NCBI GenBank assembly: GCA_964611355.1
Contig: CAZSYD010000008.1
Coordinates: 1 to 64,000, forward strand
Reading direction: 5' to 3'
DNA: 64,000 nucleotides
Source: an uncultured Ignavibacteriales bacterium
GTDB taxonomy: Bacteria; Zixibacteria; MSB-5A5; GN15; JAAZOE01
The notes beneath the pieces were generated by a model. The model was not told the origin of the DNA and did not search any database. It saw only the letters and a program-made list of their open reading frames with translations. Position numbers and translations under genes: made by a program. This document shows, in pieces, positions 19,889 to 29,881 of this stretch. Positions within the stretch are counted from its first letter, which is position 1, and each line of letters opens with the position of its first letter.

Positions 19889-21142
19889 ATGAATAGACGG
19901 CTTTGCGCTTTTTCTTCCTATGCGGTTCTGTTCTTTGTCCTGCTGATTCCCCTGCAAATCACAGCTCAACCGGAGACTATGGGCGACAGCGCGGCAGTAG
20001 CCAAACCGGCTTATGATTCGGCCTTTATCAAAGAACAGACGTCGCAGTCAGCCTTTAATATCGCCGCGAAGGATCGCGATAACGATGCCGGCGGTGCCAT
20101 CAGGTTGACCTGGGATCTTTCGCCTGATGATTTTGAAAACGGCAACGTCAAGGAATACCTGATCCTCCGCAGTAAATCGGCTCAGGGGCCTTTCGATGAA
20201 TTGGGAAACGTCACCCGGGGCGTGGGTAGTTTTATCGATAACCAGGCCGAAATGGGTACGCAGTTTTTCTACAAAATCGTTGCCTTAAACTACGAAAAGG
20301 TAAACAGCGAGTATCTCTGGAAGGCAAGCAGCGAATCGGCCGTGATCGGACCGGTCAAATCGAGCGCGCAGTGGTTTAACGCCGACCGCAAATATATATT
20401 TATCGGCATAGTTATTCTTTGCGCCGCCATAATATACTTCATTTACGCCGCCAAGTCCGGCAAGAGTCTTTATATCCGGAAGATTGCCGGAATAGAGGAG
20501 GTTGAAAATGCCGTTGGCCGCGCCACCGAGATGGGTCGTGCGATTTACTACATCCCAGGCATCAATGATATGGACGACGTTCAAACACTGGCCAGCGTGA
20601 CCATTCTGGGTCGTGTTTCAATCATTGCGGCGGAAAATGATACTCGTATCGATGTTCCCGTTTCACGGTCGATGGTTATGGTTACGGCCAAGGAAGTGGT
20701 CAAGGAGTCATATAGTAAGGCCGGGCGGCCCGATTCATTTCAGGACGATCAGGTTCGATATTTGACCGACGACCAGTTTGGTTATGCTGCTGCCGTTGAC
20801 GGCCTTTTTGTCCGCGAAAAACCGGCTACGATTTTTATGATTGGCGCGTTTTTCGCTGAGTCGTTAATCATTGCCGAAACGGGTAACAGCATCGGCGCCA
20901 TTCAGATCGCCGGTACGGCGATGCCGGCCCAGTTGCCTTTCTTTGTGGCGGCGTGCGATTATACACTGATCGGTGAAGAGCTGTTTGCCGCATCGGCCTA
21001 TCTTTCGCGTGAGCCGAAGCTGCTTGGATCGCTCAAGGGTCAGGATGTCGGCAAGGCCATTTTCCTCGCCGCTATTGTGATTGGAATAATACTGGAAAGT
21101 CTGGGCGTATGCAATGTTTCTTCACTTTTTGAAGCACATTAG
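19889..21142 (+). CDS. module 1 subunit A: signal peptide + FN3-like domain + TM + DUF6754-like domain + TM
   Basis: FN3-like (IRLTWD...YLILRS...FFYKIVA); conserved IRKIAG...AVGRATEMG...REKPA...FFAES...AGT...PFFVAACDYTLIGEELFAASAYL. Confidence 0.8.
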   Translation: MNRRLCAFSSYAVLFFVLLIPLQITAQPETMGDSAAVAKPAYDSAFIKEQTSQSAFNIAAKDRDNDAGGAIRLTWDLSPDDFENGNVKEYLILRSKSAQGPFDELGNVTRGVGSFIDNQAEMGTQFFYKIVALNYEKVNSEYLWKASSESAVIGPVKSSAQWFNADRKYIFIGIVILCAAIIYFIYAAKSGKSLYIRKIAGIEEVENAVGRATEMGRAIYYIPGINDMDDVQTLASVTILGRVSIIAAENDTRIDVPVSRSMVMVTAKEVVKESYSKAGRPDSFQDDQVRYLTDDQFGYAAAVDGLFVREKPATIFMIGAFFAESLIIAETGNSIGAIQIAGTAMPAQLPFFVAACDYTLIGEELFAASAYLSREPKLLGSLKGQDVGKAIFLAAIVIGIILESLGVCNVSSLFEAH

Positions 21143-21162
21143 AAGAATAAGGGTTTAATTAA

Positions 21163-21837
21163 ATGAGACGTGAGATTCCGTTAGCAATTACGTCTATAGT
21201 TGGTGTTGCCTTCGCGGTGGCCTATTTTATCCCTCATGAGCCGTTCAATAGATTTGAACACTGGTTTACCGACTGGTTTGTGATTATCGCCGCTTTCGCT
21301 ATCTGGCTGGGAGCGTTAAACCTGATGAAGATATCTTTCACGAAGGTTATCCGAAAAAACAGGGATTGGCCGTATGCCACACTGATTATAATATCCTTTT
21401 TAACAATGGCCTTCATCGGCTTTTATGAGGGTTACCGCGGGCTTTATGCCGATCCTCCGTTCAGTTTTCGTGATCCCGGCACCGCTTTTGACTGGATGTA
21501 CGTCAATGTATATTCCGCCCTTTCGGCGACGATGTTTGCGCTTCTGGCGTTTTTTGTCGCTTCGGCTTCGTACCGGGCTTTTCGGGCCAGAAACCTTGAG
21601 GCGACGCTGCTTCTTCTGGCCGCCTTTTTTGTCATGCTGGGGCGGGTTCCGGTCGGCGATATTCTCACTGCCTGGCTCCCGCGGGATTTCCAGATGTCGC
21701 AATGGGCCAACTGGATTATGCAGGTACCCAATGTTGCCGGTCAGCGCGCCATTATGATCGGTATCGCACTGGGCCTGGTGTCCATGTCGTTGCGAATAAT
21801 ACTCGGAATTGAGCGGGCCTACCTGGGAGGTGACTGA
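21163..21837 (+). CDS. module 1 subunit B: polytopic membrane protein of unknown function
   Basis: ~6 TM segments; ATMFALLAFFVASASYRAFRARN motif; RAIMIGIALG...LRIILGIER. Confidence 0.8.
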   Translation: MRREIPLAITSIVGVAFAVAYFIPHEPFNRFEHWFTDWFVIIAAFAIWLGALNLMKISFTKVIRKNRDWPYATLIIISFLTMAFIGFYEGYRGLYADPPFSFRDPGTAFDWMYVNVYSALSATMFALLAFFVASASYRAFRARNLEATLLLLAAFFVMLGRVPVGDILTAWLPRDFQMSQWANWIMQVPNVAGQRAIMIGIALGLVSMSLRIILGIERAYLGGD

Positions 21838-22820
21838 TGAGGACTAAAGAACTATTAGTCTCCGGAATTATTGTACTTTGTCTTTTGATCTGCAAATTTA
21901 TCCTGCCCAAGCCGATTCAATTTTCGACGACAACCTCGGTGCTGGTTATGATTCTTCTTGGGCTTGTCTTTGTTGTTATTCTGATTTTAACCATACAGGG
22001 GAAGTTTATCGGCCGCCGAGTTGTATTTCTCCTGGTCGGGATATCCTTGCTTCTTCCGTTTTTTATGAAGTTTTCTCTGCCGCTCCAGATTTCTCCCGAG
22101 GTTCAGGAGGTTTTTGATTCACTTGAACGGCTGCCTCCCGGTTCCAAGGTCCTGTGTGCTTTTGACTATGATCCGCCGTCGGCGCCGGAGCTCCAGCCGA
22201 TGGCCGATGCCTTTATTGAATATGCTTTTGAACGCGACTTGAAGGTGATTATTATGGGACTTTGGCCGCAGGGGCCGCAGCAGGCCGATCAGGCTATCCA
22301 GGCTGCCTTTAAAAAGTATCCTGAATTACGGAAAAAAATTAAATATGGTGTTGACTACGTCAATCTTGGCTTTCAAGCCGGGAATGAGTTCGTTATCCTC
22401 AGAATGGGCGAGAGCTTCAAAGCCATGTTCCCCAAAGACATGTACAATACCCCGTACGATTCGATTCCACTCGTCAAAAACATCAGGAACCTTTCCAATA
22501 TAGATTTTGCCATGAACTTCTCTGCCGGCAAGCCCGGAACCGCCGAATGGGTACAGGTGGCGGTTGACCGTTTTGACCTGCCGATGGCGGCCGGAAACAC
22601 GGCCGTTCAGGCTCCAATGGTTTATCCTTACCTTAAGGCAGGCCAGTTGCACGGTCTTATGGGCGGCATGACGGGCGGAGCTGAATTCGAAAAGCTGACC
22701 AGAAAACCGGGCAAGGCGACCGGCTATCTGCTTTCGCAATCATTCGCACATATGGTCGTCATTGCCTTTGTTATCATCGGCAATGTCTCTTTCATACGAC
22801 AAAGAAGGGAGAGAAAATAA
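21837..22820 (+). CDS. module 1 subunit C: membrane-anchored alpha/beta-domain protein of unknown function
   Basis: N-terminal TMs, FDYDP..PE.PM, YG.DYV.LG, YPY...Q..GL.GG..GAAE, C-terminal AH...IIGN TM. Confidence 0.8.
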   Translation: MRTKELLVSGIIVLCLLICKFILPKPIQFSTTTSVLVMILLGLVFVVILILTIQGKFIGRRVVFLLVGISLLLPFFMKFSLPLQISPEVQEVFDSLERLPPGSKVLCAFDYDPPSAPELQPMADAFIEYAFERDLKVIIMGLWPQGPQQADQAIQAAFKKYPELRKKIKYGVDYVNLGFQAGNEFVILRMGESFKAMFPKDMYNTPYDSIPLVKNIRNLSNIDFAMNFSAGKPGTAEWVQVAVDRFDLPMAAGNTAVQAPMVYPYLKAGQLHGLMGGMTGGAEFEKLTRKPGKATGYLLSQSFAHMVVIAFVIIGNVSFIRQRRERK

Positions 22821-23456
22821 ATGGGATTCTGGGAAGTATTCGGGGTCTGGCTGGCGGCGCTGATGACCATCGGCATCATCTCCTTTCTTTACAGGGATAA
22901 CATCCTGTATAAGGCTTGCGAGGCAATATTCGTCGGAGTATCGGCCGGTTACTGGTTTGTCATTTACTACTGGGACATGCTGTACAAGAAATTCTATGTG
23001 CAGGTGTCCGATCCCACCAATCCGGAAAGATATATTCCCTGGTTTGGATTTGCCCTGGGTATTTTAATGTTGACCAGGCTGTTCGGCAAAGTCGGGTGGC
23101 TGTCGCGCTGGCCTCTGGCTTTTGTCGTCGGCGCTACGGCCGGTCTTTACATGATGATCTATTTTGTCTCCAATGCCATGGTGCAGGTCTCCTCGACTAT
23201 CGTTCCCATTTTGCAGGGGAGCGCCCCTGATATCATTGCCAACACAGTCATCGCCGTCGGAACGTTCTGCGGGCTGGTTTATTTTTTCTTTTCCAAGGAA
23301 CATAAGGGCGCTTTTGGCGGCGCCGCCAAGATTGGCGTCTGGTTTTTGATGATTACTTTCGGCGCTTCGTTCGGATACACTGTAATGAGTCGTATGTCAC
23401 TCATGATTGGCAGACTGGATTTCCTTTTTGGGAAGTGGCTTGAGATGATTATATGA
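22821..23456 (+). CDS. module 1 subunit D: polytopic membrane protein of unknown function
   Basis: SFLYRDN..YK..E..FVGVS.GY; YFFFSKEHKGAFG; LMITFGASFGYTVM.R. Confidence 0.8.
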   Translation: MGFWEVFGVWLAALMTIGIISFLYRDNILYKACEAIFVGVSAGYWFVIYYWDMLYKKFYVQVSDPTNPERYIPWFGFALGILMLTRLFGKVGWLSRWPLAFVVGATAGLYMMIYFVSNAMVQVSSTIVPILQGSAPDIIANTVIAVGTFCGLVYFFFSKEHKGAFGGAAKIGVWFLMITFGASFGYTVMSRMSLMIGRLDFLFGKWLEMII

Positions 23457-24688
23457 CAAAAATCGCCGCTGTTTTTCTCTGTTTGATCGTCACCCCTATT
23501 TCGGGAGATATTCTTTGGGCCGAGGATCTCTCCCCCGCCGGCAATACTTCCGGCGGCACTTTTTCTTCCGTCGCTCCCTATCAGCCTGCTCCTGCCGACA
23601 ATGTTGTCGCCGTCGATCATAAATATGACAACGGCGGCGTGATTGATATTACCTGGGATAAATCGCCCGACGATCCGCGCGAAATTCTGGGATACAATAT
23701 TTACCGTTCCCGCACCGACGAACCGTTTGAAATGATCGGATTTGTTCTTCCGGGTATAACTTCATTTGCCGACGAAGGCGTCGAAAACGATATCCCGTAT
23801 CGCTACAAAATCGGTACCGTCCGGGAAGGCGGCGAGTTTTTCTCGGATGTCTCGGCGCCGGTTGCGGCCGCCTGGGAGCTTTTCAATTTTGATCTGTTGA
23901 ATCTCTTCCTTTTGGCGATTGTCGTTTGCGGTGCGGTGATCTGGTTTATTTCTTCGGCCAGATCGGGTAAAAAACTTTTTGTCCGCAAAATCGGCGGGCT
24001 TGAGGCGCTGGACGAGGCAGTCGGTCGGGCTACCGAAATGGGCCGCCCGATACTTTTTATTCCCGGTATCCTTGATATGGACGACGTTCAGACATTGGCT
24101 GCGATTACTATCCTTGGGCGGATATCCAGGATTGTGGCTGATTATGACAGCAAGATTCGTATGCCGGTATCGCGGTCGCTGGTAATGACGACGGCGCGCG
24201 AAACGATCCGGGAATCGTATCTGGCCGCAGGCAGGCCGGACGCTTACAGCAACGATATGGTTCAATACATAACCGACGAGCAATTCGGTTACGTGGCCGC
24301 GGTCAACGGTATCATGGTGCGCGAGAAACCGGCCACCTGCCTGTATCTGGGCGCTTTTTTCGCCGAATCGCTTATTCTGGCCGAAACCGGCAACAGCATC
24401 GGAGCTATTCAGATCGCCGGGACGGCTCGGCCGGGTCAATTGCCTTTCTTTGTGGCGGCCTGCGATTATACTCTCATCGGCGAGGAACTTTTTGCCGCTT
24501 CTGCCTACCTGTCCGAAGACCCCAAACAGCTCGGTTCACTCAAAGGTCAGGATGTGGGAAAAGTAGTCGCCATGGCAGCGATCGTCATCGGTACGCTGTC
24601 AATGACTTTGGCTTCGGCCTGGAATATCTCTTTCATGGACTGGGTACTAAGGGTAATGCTGAGTATATTCACGATCAATGTACCGTAG
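23453..24688 (+). CDS. module 2 subunit A (FN3 + DUF6754-like)
   Basis: Paralog of 19889..21142 (AVGRATEMG, CDYTLIGEELFAASAYL). Confidence 0.8.
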   Translation: MTKIAAVFLCLIVTPISGDILWAEDLSPAGNTSGGTFSSVAPYQPAPADNVVAVDHKYDNGGVIDITWDKSPDDPREILGYNIYRSRTDEPFEMIGFVLPGITSFADEGVENDIPYRYKIGTVREGGEFFSDVSAPVAAAWELFNFDLLNLFLLAIVVCGAVIWFISSARSGKKLFVRKIGGLEALDEAVGRATEMGRPILFIPGILDMDDVQTLAAITILGRISRIVADYDSKIRMPVSRSLVMTTARETIRESYLAAGRPDAYSNDMVQYITDEQFGYVAAVNGIMVREKPATCLYLGAFFAESLILAETGNSIGAIQIAGTARPGQLPFFVAACDYTLIGEELFAASAYLSEDPKQLGSLKGQDVGKVVAMAAIVIGTLSMTLASAWNISFMDWVLRVMLSIFTINVP

Positions 24689-24719
24689 GTAACCGATTAA
24701 TGGAGAAACTCAGGCAACG

Positions 24720-25397
24720 ATGAAGCGAACAATACCGGTAATTATTACCTCCGTTGTCGGGACGGTTCTTATTTTTTCCGTTTTTTTCCCGTCCGGCAGG
24801 ACGCTGGGCGAGGATTTCTCGCTGTTTTTTGATATTATTGCCGTTTTCGCCTTTTTTCTGGGGGGCGGCAACCTGGTCAGGATTCATATAACCAAGATTT
24901 ATCGCCAGAGGCCGGACTGGGGTTTTTCCATAGTTACCCTGATCGGCTTTTTTATTACCCTGACGGTCGGCCTTTTCAAGCTCGGTAACGCGGAAGGTAT
25001 TTCCGGTTCGGTAACGGCCGCAGGGTCGCTTTTGCAGGAAATTTTTGTCAACATCATTACGCCGCTAAGTTCAACTATGTATGCGCTGCTGGCTTTTTAT
25101 GTCGCGTCGGCCTCGTACCGGGCTTTTCGGGCCAAGAACAGGGAGGCGACCATTCTTTTGATCGCCGCTTTTATTATTCTGCTGGGAAGGACCCCCTTCG
25201 GTATGATGCTGACCCAGTGGATTCCGGAATCGTTTTCGATATTACAGATTCCCAACCTTGCCGTCTGGATTATGAACTCTGCCAACCTGGCCGGGCAACG
25301 AGCTATTTTGATCGGCGTCGGGCTGGGTGTGGTGGCGATGTCGCTGCGGCTGATTTTGGGGATGGACAGGACTTATCTGGGGAGTGATAGTGAGTAA
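24720..25397 (+). CDS. module 2 subunit B membrane protein
   Basis: Paralog of 21163..21837 (ASASYRAFRAKN). Confidence 0.8.
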   Translation: MKRTIPVIITSVVGTVLIFSVFFPSGRTLGEDFSLFFDIIAVFAFFLGGGNLVRIHITKIYRQRPDWGFSIVTLIGFFITLTVGLFKLGNAEGISGSVTAAGSLLQEIFVNIITPLSSTMYALLAFYVASASYRAFRAKNREATILLIAAFIILLGRTPFGMMLTQWIPESFSILQIPNLAVWIMNSANLAGQRAILIGVGLGVVAMSLRLILGMDRTYLGSDSE

Positions 25398-26307
25398 CAT
25401 CGGTGTAATCATATCACTGATCATTATCTCCGGCGGACTGCTGGCGATACTCATCTATTCACTGCGCGGCCGCGATGTTGACCGTCGCATTATCTTTTTA
25501 TTCGTTTTCATTGCCGTGGCCTCGGCCGTTTTGTTCAATATCGAGTTCAAGGAACATCCCACACTGATTGTAAAAAAGGTTTTTGATAAGATTGAAAACC
25601 TGCCGTCCGGCTCACGGGTATTGATTTCGTTCGACTATGATCCGGCCATGAAACCGGAAGTGCACCCGATGGCCAACTCGTTTGTGCGGCACTGCCTGGT
25701 TAAAGGCCATAAGTTGTGCCTGATGTCGCTCTGGCCGCAGGGACAGGCGTTGATGACCGAAACCCTGGAAGAGGTTATCCTGGAAGAGTTCCCGGAAGCC
25801 CGGTACGGTGAAGATTACGTTATGCTCGGTTACAAGGCCGGCAATGAAGGGGTTCTCAACGTTATTATCACCGACTTTAGAAAAATGTACGCGACCGATG
25901 CGCGCGGTACCAATATCGATTCGATTCCAATTTTTAAAGAGATCAAGTCGGCCAAAGACATGGACCTGATATTGCCGATTGGCGGCGGTAAACCGGGGCC
26001 AAAAGAATGGATTCTGTTTGTCGGCGATCCCGGCAACGTGCCTGTCGCACCCGGTTTGGCCGCGGTGGTGGCGCCCTTGATTTATCCCTATTATCCCAAG
26101 CAGGCGATAGGCCTTTTGGGCGGGGTTAAAGGCGCGGCTGAGTATGAATCGGAGTTGAGGCAGAAATATCCTCGTTTCCGGGACGTTTATGCCCCGGCGC
26201 TGCGCATGATGGGCCCTCAAACGTTGGCTCATATCGTTATTATGGCTTTTATAGTTATCGGCAACATAGCTTTCTTCAGGCGAAAAAGGAGCGAAACCGG
26301 TGCGTAA
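25384..26307 (+). CDS. module 2 subunit C membrane-anchored protein
   Basis: Paralog of 21837..22820 (FDYDP, YGEDYVMLG, GAAEYE). Confidence 0.8.
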   Translation: MIVSNIGVIISLIIISGGLLAILIYSLRGRDVDRRIIFLFVFIAVASAVLFNIEFKEHPTLIVKKVFDKIENLPSGSRVLISFDYDPAMKPEVHPMANSFVRHCLVKGHKLCLMSLWPQGQALMTETLEEVILEEFPEARYGEDYVMLGYKAGNEGVLNVIITDFRKMYATDARGTNIDSIPIFKEIKSAKDMDLILPIGGGKPGPKEWILFVGDPGNVPVAPGLAAVVAPLIYPYYPKQAIGLLGGVKGAAEYESELRQKYPRFRDVYAPALRMMGPQTLAHIVIMAFIVIGNIAFFRRKRSETGA

Positions 26308-27115
26308 GGGTCCGGTCATAATCACGGCCGTGGTCGTCTGCCTGTTTATCGTGAGCTGGATAATCAAGGCGGTTAATGTCCCTGCAGAAGACAGCGTTTT
26401 CAGGGCTTTTGCCCAGGGCTTCGGGGTTACTTTTGCCGCTTTCCTGACGCTGGCCGTCATGTCGTTTCTTTATCGGGACAACCCTTTTTATAAATTCGCC
26501 GAGCATCTCTACGTCGGCGTCTCGGCCGCCTACGCCATGAGTCTGGGTTTCTGGACGACTATCGTCGGTAATCTTTTTCCGCGCATATCGGAGGGCTTGT
26601 GCAACTGGTTCGAAGTCCCGTATACTGAATTTGAATGGCATTTCCTTATTCCTCCGGCTCTTGGGATTATTTTGCTTATGCGGCTTTCGCCGAAGGGAGG
26701 GTGGATTTCGCGCTGGGCGCTGGCCTTTATCGTCGGCACAACCGCCGGATTGAATCTGCCGCGCTTTTTGCGTTCCGATTTTATCGAACAGATTTCAGCG
26801 ACTTTTTTGCCGCTTCTTGTCAACTGGCATGGAATCGGTGACTTCTTTTCAAATCTCTCTCTTTCGGCTTCGGGGCAACTGGTTTCTATTCTTACCAACG
26901 TGGTTATAGTCGTGGGCGTTTTCTGCGGTATCGTTTATTTCTTCTTTTCCAAGGAGCACAAGGGCGCCTTTGGCGCAGCTTCCCGCTTTGGTATCTGGAT
27001 TTTGATGATAACTTTCGGCGCATCCTTTGGATATACCGTCATGGGGCGTATTTCGCTTCTGGTTGGAAGGCTTACCTTCCTTGGGCACGATTGGCTGGGA
27101 CTTATAACGAGGTAA
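26300..27115 (+). CDS. module 2 subunit D membrane protein
   Basis: Paralog of 22821..23456 (SFLYRDNPFYK, FGASFGYTVMGR). Confidence 0.8.
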   Translation: MRKGPVIITAVVVCLFIVSWIIKAVNVPAEDSVFRAFAQGFGVTFAAFLTLAVMSFLYRDNPFYKFAEHLYVGVSAAYAMSLGFWTTIVGNLFPRISEGLCNWFEVPYTEFEWHFLIPPALGIILLMRLSPKGGWISRWALAFIVGTTAGLNLPRFLRSDFIEQISATFLPLLVNWHGIGDFFSNLSLSASGQLVSILTNVVIVVGVFCGIVYFFFSKEHKGAFGAASRFGIWILMITFGASFGYTVMGRISLLVGRLTFLGHDWLGLITR

Positions 27116-27153
27116 TATATAACGGGAGTGAACAGATAAATGGTGGAGCAAGC

Positions 27154-28362
27154 ATGAAAAGAATTGTCTTATTTATGGCGGTGGCGTTTCTCCTGCCTGT
27201 CGCTTGCGGGGCGCAGCAGAAGGGGGTCGCCGATTCGGTCCCGGACGCGGCGCTTCCCGGTTCGCCGGGCAACGTTGCTGCCTTTGATACCCCGCATGAC
27301 AATGGTCATTCGATTACGCTGACATGGGAACTGTCGCCCGACGACGGTCAGGGGAGAAATAGCGTCATCGGCTACCGTATTATGAGGGCCGAATCGCCCG
27401 ACGGGCCCTTTGAGGATCGCGGAATGGTTGCTTCGGGAGCGACCACCAAGAAGGATTCGGGAGTCAAGGAAAAGGAAGACCCGGCTTACTTTCCGAGAGG
27501 CCACGACTTTTACTACAAGGTTGTGGCCCTGTCAGCCGACGCCGAAGCAGCATCGGGTGTGGTCGGGCCGGTTCAGGGAGTCGGTCAATGGTTTAATCCG
27601 AATAAATGGCCGGTTTTGATTTTTGTCGGGGTGTTTACTTCTTTTACTCTTTACTTCATTTCGCGCGCCAAAAAGGGAGCCAAGCTCTATATTCGCCCCC
27701 TGGCCGGTATTGACGCAGTTGACGAAGCTATCGGGCGCGCCACCGAAATGGGCAAACCTATTCTTTACATTCTTGGTCTGGGAACAGCGGCCGATATCGC
27801 CACCATCGCATCTTTTACTATTCTGGGACGCGTCGCTAAAAAAGTAGCGGAGTATCAAACTTCCCTGATTGTTCCCTGTTACGATCCGATCGTAATGACT
27901 ATCGCGCAGGAAACGGTCAAGACCGCGTATTATGACGCCGGCCATCCCGACGCCTACAACGACGATATGGTTTTCTTCATTACCCAGTTCCAGTTTGCTT
28001 ATGTTGGCGCGGTCAACGGTATCATGCTTCGTGAACGTCCCGCGACCAATTTTTATATGGGTAAGTTTTACGCCGAATCGCTGCTTATGGCCGAAACCGG
28101 ATCGCTGGCCGGTTCCGTTCAGATTGCCGGAACCGACGAGGTGACCCAGATTCCTTTCTTCGTGGTGGCCTGCGATTATACCCTCATCGGCGAGGAACTG
28201 TACGCCGCCTCAGCCTATCTGGGTCGTGAGCCGGTCCTTCTGGGATCGCTTAAGGCTCAGGATTACGGCAAGGCTATGGTGCTTATCTGCGGTGTTCTTG
28301 GAGTCATAGCGGCTATTTTGGGCTGGGATTGGTTTGTGAACCTGTTCCAGGTCGGCGAGTAG
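27154..28362 (+). CDS. module 3 subunit A (FN3 + DUF6754-like)
   Basis: Paralog of the other A genes; ATG 27154 follows GGAG and begins a signal peptide (ORF track start 27091). Confidence 0.8.
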   Translation: MKRIVLFMAVAFLLPVACGAQQKGVADSVPDAALPGSPGNVAAFDTPHDNGHSITLTWELSPDDGQGRNSVIGYRIMRAESPDGPFEDRGMVASGATTKKDSGVKEKEDPAYFPRGHDFYYKVVALSADAEAASGVVGPVQGVGQWFNPNKWPVLIFVGVFTSFTLYFISRAKKGAKLYIRPLAGIDAVDEAIGRATEMGKPILYILGLGTAADIATIASFTILGRVAKKVAEYQTSLIVPCYDPIVMTIAQETVKTAYYDAGHPDAYNDDMVFFITQFQFAYVGAVNGIMLRERPATNFYMGKFYAESLLMAETGSLAGSVQIAGTDEVTQIPFFVVACDYTLIGEELYAASAYLGREPVLLGSLKAQDYGKAMVLICGVLGVIAAILGWDWFVNLFQVGE

Positions 28363-28376
28363 GAAGGAGCAGGAAT

Positions 28377-29021
28377 ATGAAAAAAGAAATACCTCTTTTT
28401 ATTGTTCTTATCACCGGCACATTCATGGCGATTCAGTTCTTTGTGCCGCACGGGACTTCCGAGTACGTCTATGAATATATGCTGGACTGGACGATCATCA
28501 TCGGCATATTCGCTCTGGCCCTGGGAATATGGTCTTTTATCCGGGTAAACACCGATAAAATCAGGCGCAAAGCCGAGAACTGGCAGTATGCTATTATTGC
28601 TATCGCCGGGCTGGTTGCAATGACTTTGTTCGGTACGACTGCAATGACATTGCTTGGCGCGGAAAGTACCGGATTGGAATCGTATATGTTCCGCCATTTC
28701 TTCAACTATATCATGATCCCGATCCATTCCACCATGTTTTCGCTCCTGGCGTTTTTTATCGCTTCGGCTGCGTTCAGGGCTTTCCGGGCGCACTCGGCGC
28801 TGGCTACGCTATTACTCCTGTCGGCGCTGATTATCATGTTAAGGTTCAATCCCTACCTCGGCCCGCTGGGCTCGCTCGATGCGAAGCTGGCTTCGTGGAT
28901 TATAAATGTGCCAAACCTGGCAGCCAAACGCGCCATTATAATCGGAATCGGTCTGGGGATGGTGGCAACGGCGCTCAAGGTTATCCTGGGTATTGAACGT
29001 TCCTACATGGGCAAGGATTGA
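28377..29021 (+). CDS. module 3 subunit B membrane protein
   Basis: ASAAFRAFRA motif; ATG 28377 (MKKEIP) aligns with MRREIP/MKRTIP of the paralogs. Confidence 0.8.
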   Translation: MKKEIPLFIVLITGTFMAIQFFVPHGTSEYVYEYMLDWTIIIGIFALALGIWSFIRVNTDKIRRKAENWQYAIIAIAGLVAMTLFGTTAMTLLGAESTGLESYMFRHFFNYIMIPIHSTMFSLLAFFIASAAFRAFRAHSALATLLLLSALIIMLRFNPYLGPLGSLDAKLASWIINVPNLAAKRAIIIGIGLGMVATALKVILGIERSYMGKD

Positions 29022-29881
29022 TGGAGGCCGGAATGAATATAATGGAACGCATTAGTAAACTGGATCGGCGGTGGGTATTTCTGGTACTGGCAATAGTCGT
29101 AGTGATATCATTGCTGATCGAATTCAGAACACCGATCCGGGTAAATAAAGAAGTGCGCACAGTCTATGAATTCGTCGAAAGTTGCGAGCCGGGTAGTTAT
29201 GTCCATCTGGCTATTGATTACGACCCCGGTTCGCTGGCCGAAATGCACCCGATGACTTATGCCATTATGGAGCAGTTGCTGGCTAAGGATATAAAGGTAA
29301 TCATGACGGCCCTGTCCCAGAATGGCCCCGGAATGGCCGAGCAGGCTATGCTTGAAATAATGGATTCGGTAAAGATTTTGCACGGCAAGGAAGTTATCTA
29401 CGGTGAAGATATAGTCTTTCTGGGGTACAAGCCGTATCCGGCCATTGTAATAATGGGCATGGGTCAGAATTACCGGCTGTCGTTTCCCAGCGATTATTAC
29501 AATACTCCGATCGACAGCCTGCCGATGATGCGGAAGATTGTCAACTACGACGACATCGAGGGCATCATCCTGATCACCGGCACTAGCGGTATCGACTACT
29601 GGATTGCCTATGCCAACGGTCGATACAACGCCAAACTGGCGGTCGGCGTCACCGGCGTTATGGCGGCCGATTATTATCCGTACCTCCGGTCGGGTCAGAT
29701 TTTCGGACTGATGGGCGGTATGCTCGGCGCGGCGGAATATGAAAAACTGGTCGGTAAGCCGGGCCCGGCCACGGAGGCGATGCGGGTCCAGGTCTGGGCT
29801 CATATCGTCATAATCCTCTTTATCATCATTGGCAATATCGGGTATTTCCTGTCCCGACGAGCGAAAGGAGGGGTACAATGA
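29018..29881 (+). CDS. module 3 subunit C membrane-anchored protein
   Basis: IDYDP, YGEDIVFLG, YPY..SGQ..GLMGG..GAAEYE. Confidence 0.8.
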   Translation: MMEAGMNIMERISKLDRRWVFLVLAIVVVISLLIEFRTPIRVNKEVRTVYEFVESCEPGSYVHLAIDYDPGSLAEMHPMTYAIMEQLLAKDIKVIMTALSQNGPGMAEQAMLEIMDSVKILHGKEVIYGEDIVFLGYKPYPAIVIMGMGQNYRLSFPSDYYNTPIDSLPMMRKIVNYDDIEGIILITGTSGIDYWIAYANGRYNAKLAVGVTGVMAADYYPYLRSGQIFGLMGGMLGAAEYEKLVGKPGPATEAMRVQVWAHIVIILFIIIGNIGYFLSRRAKGGVQ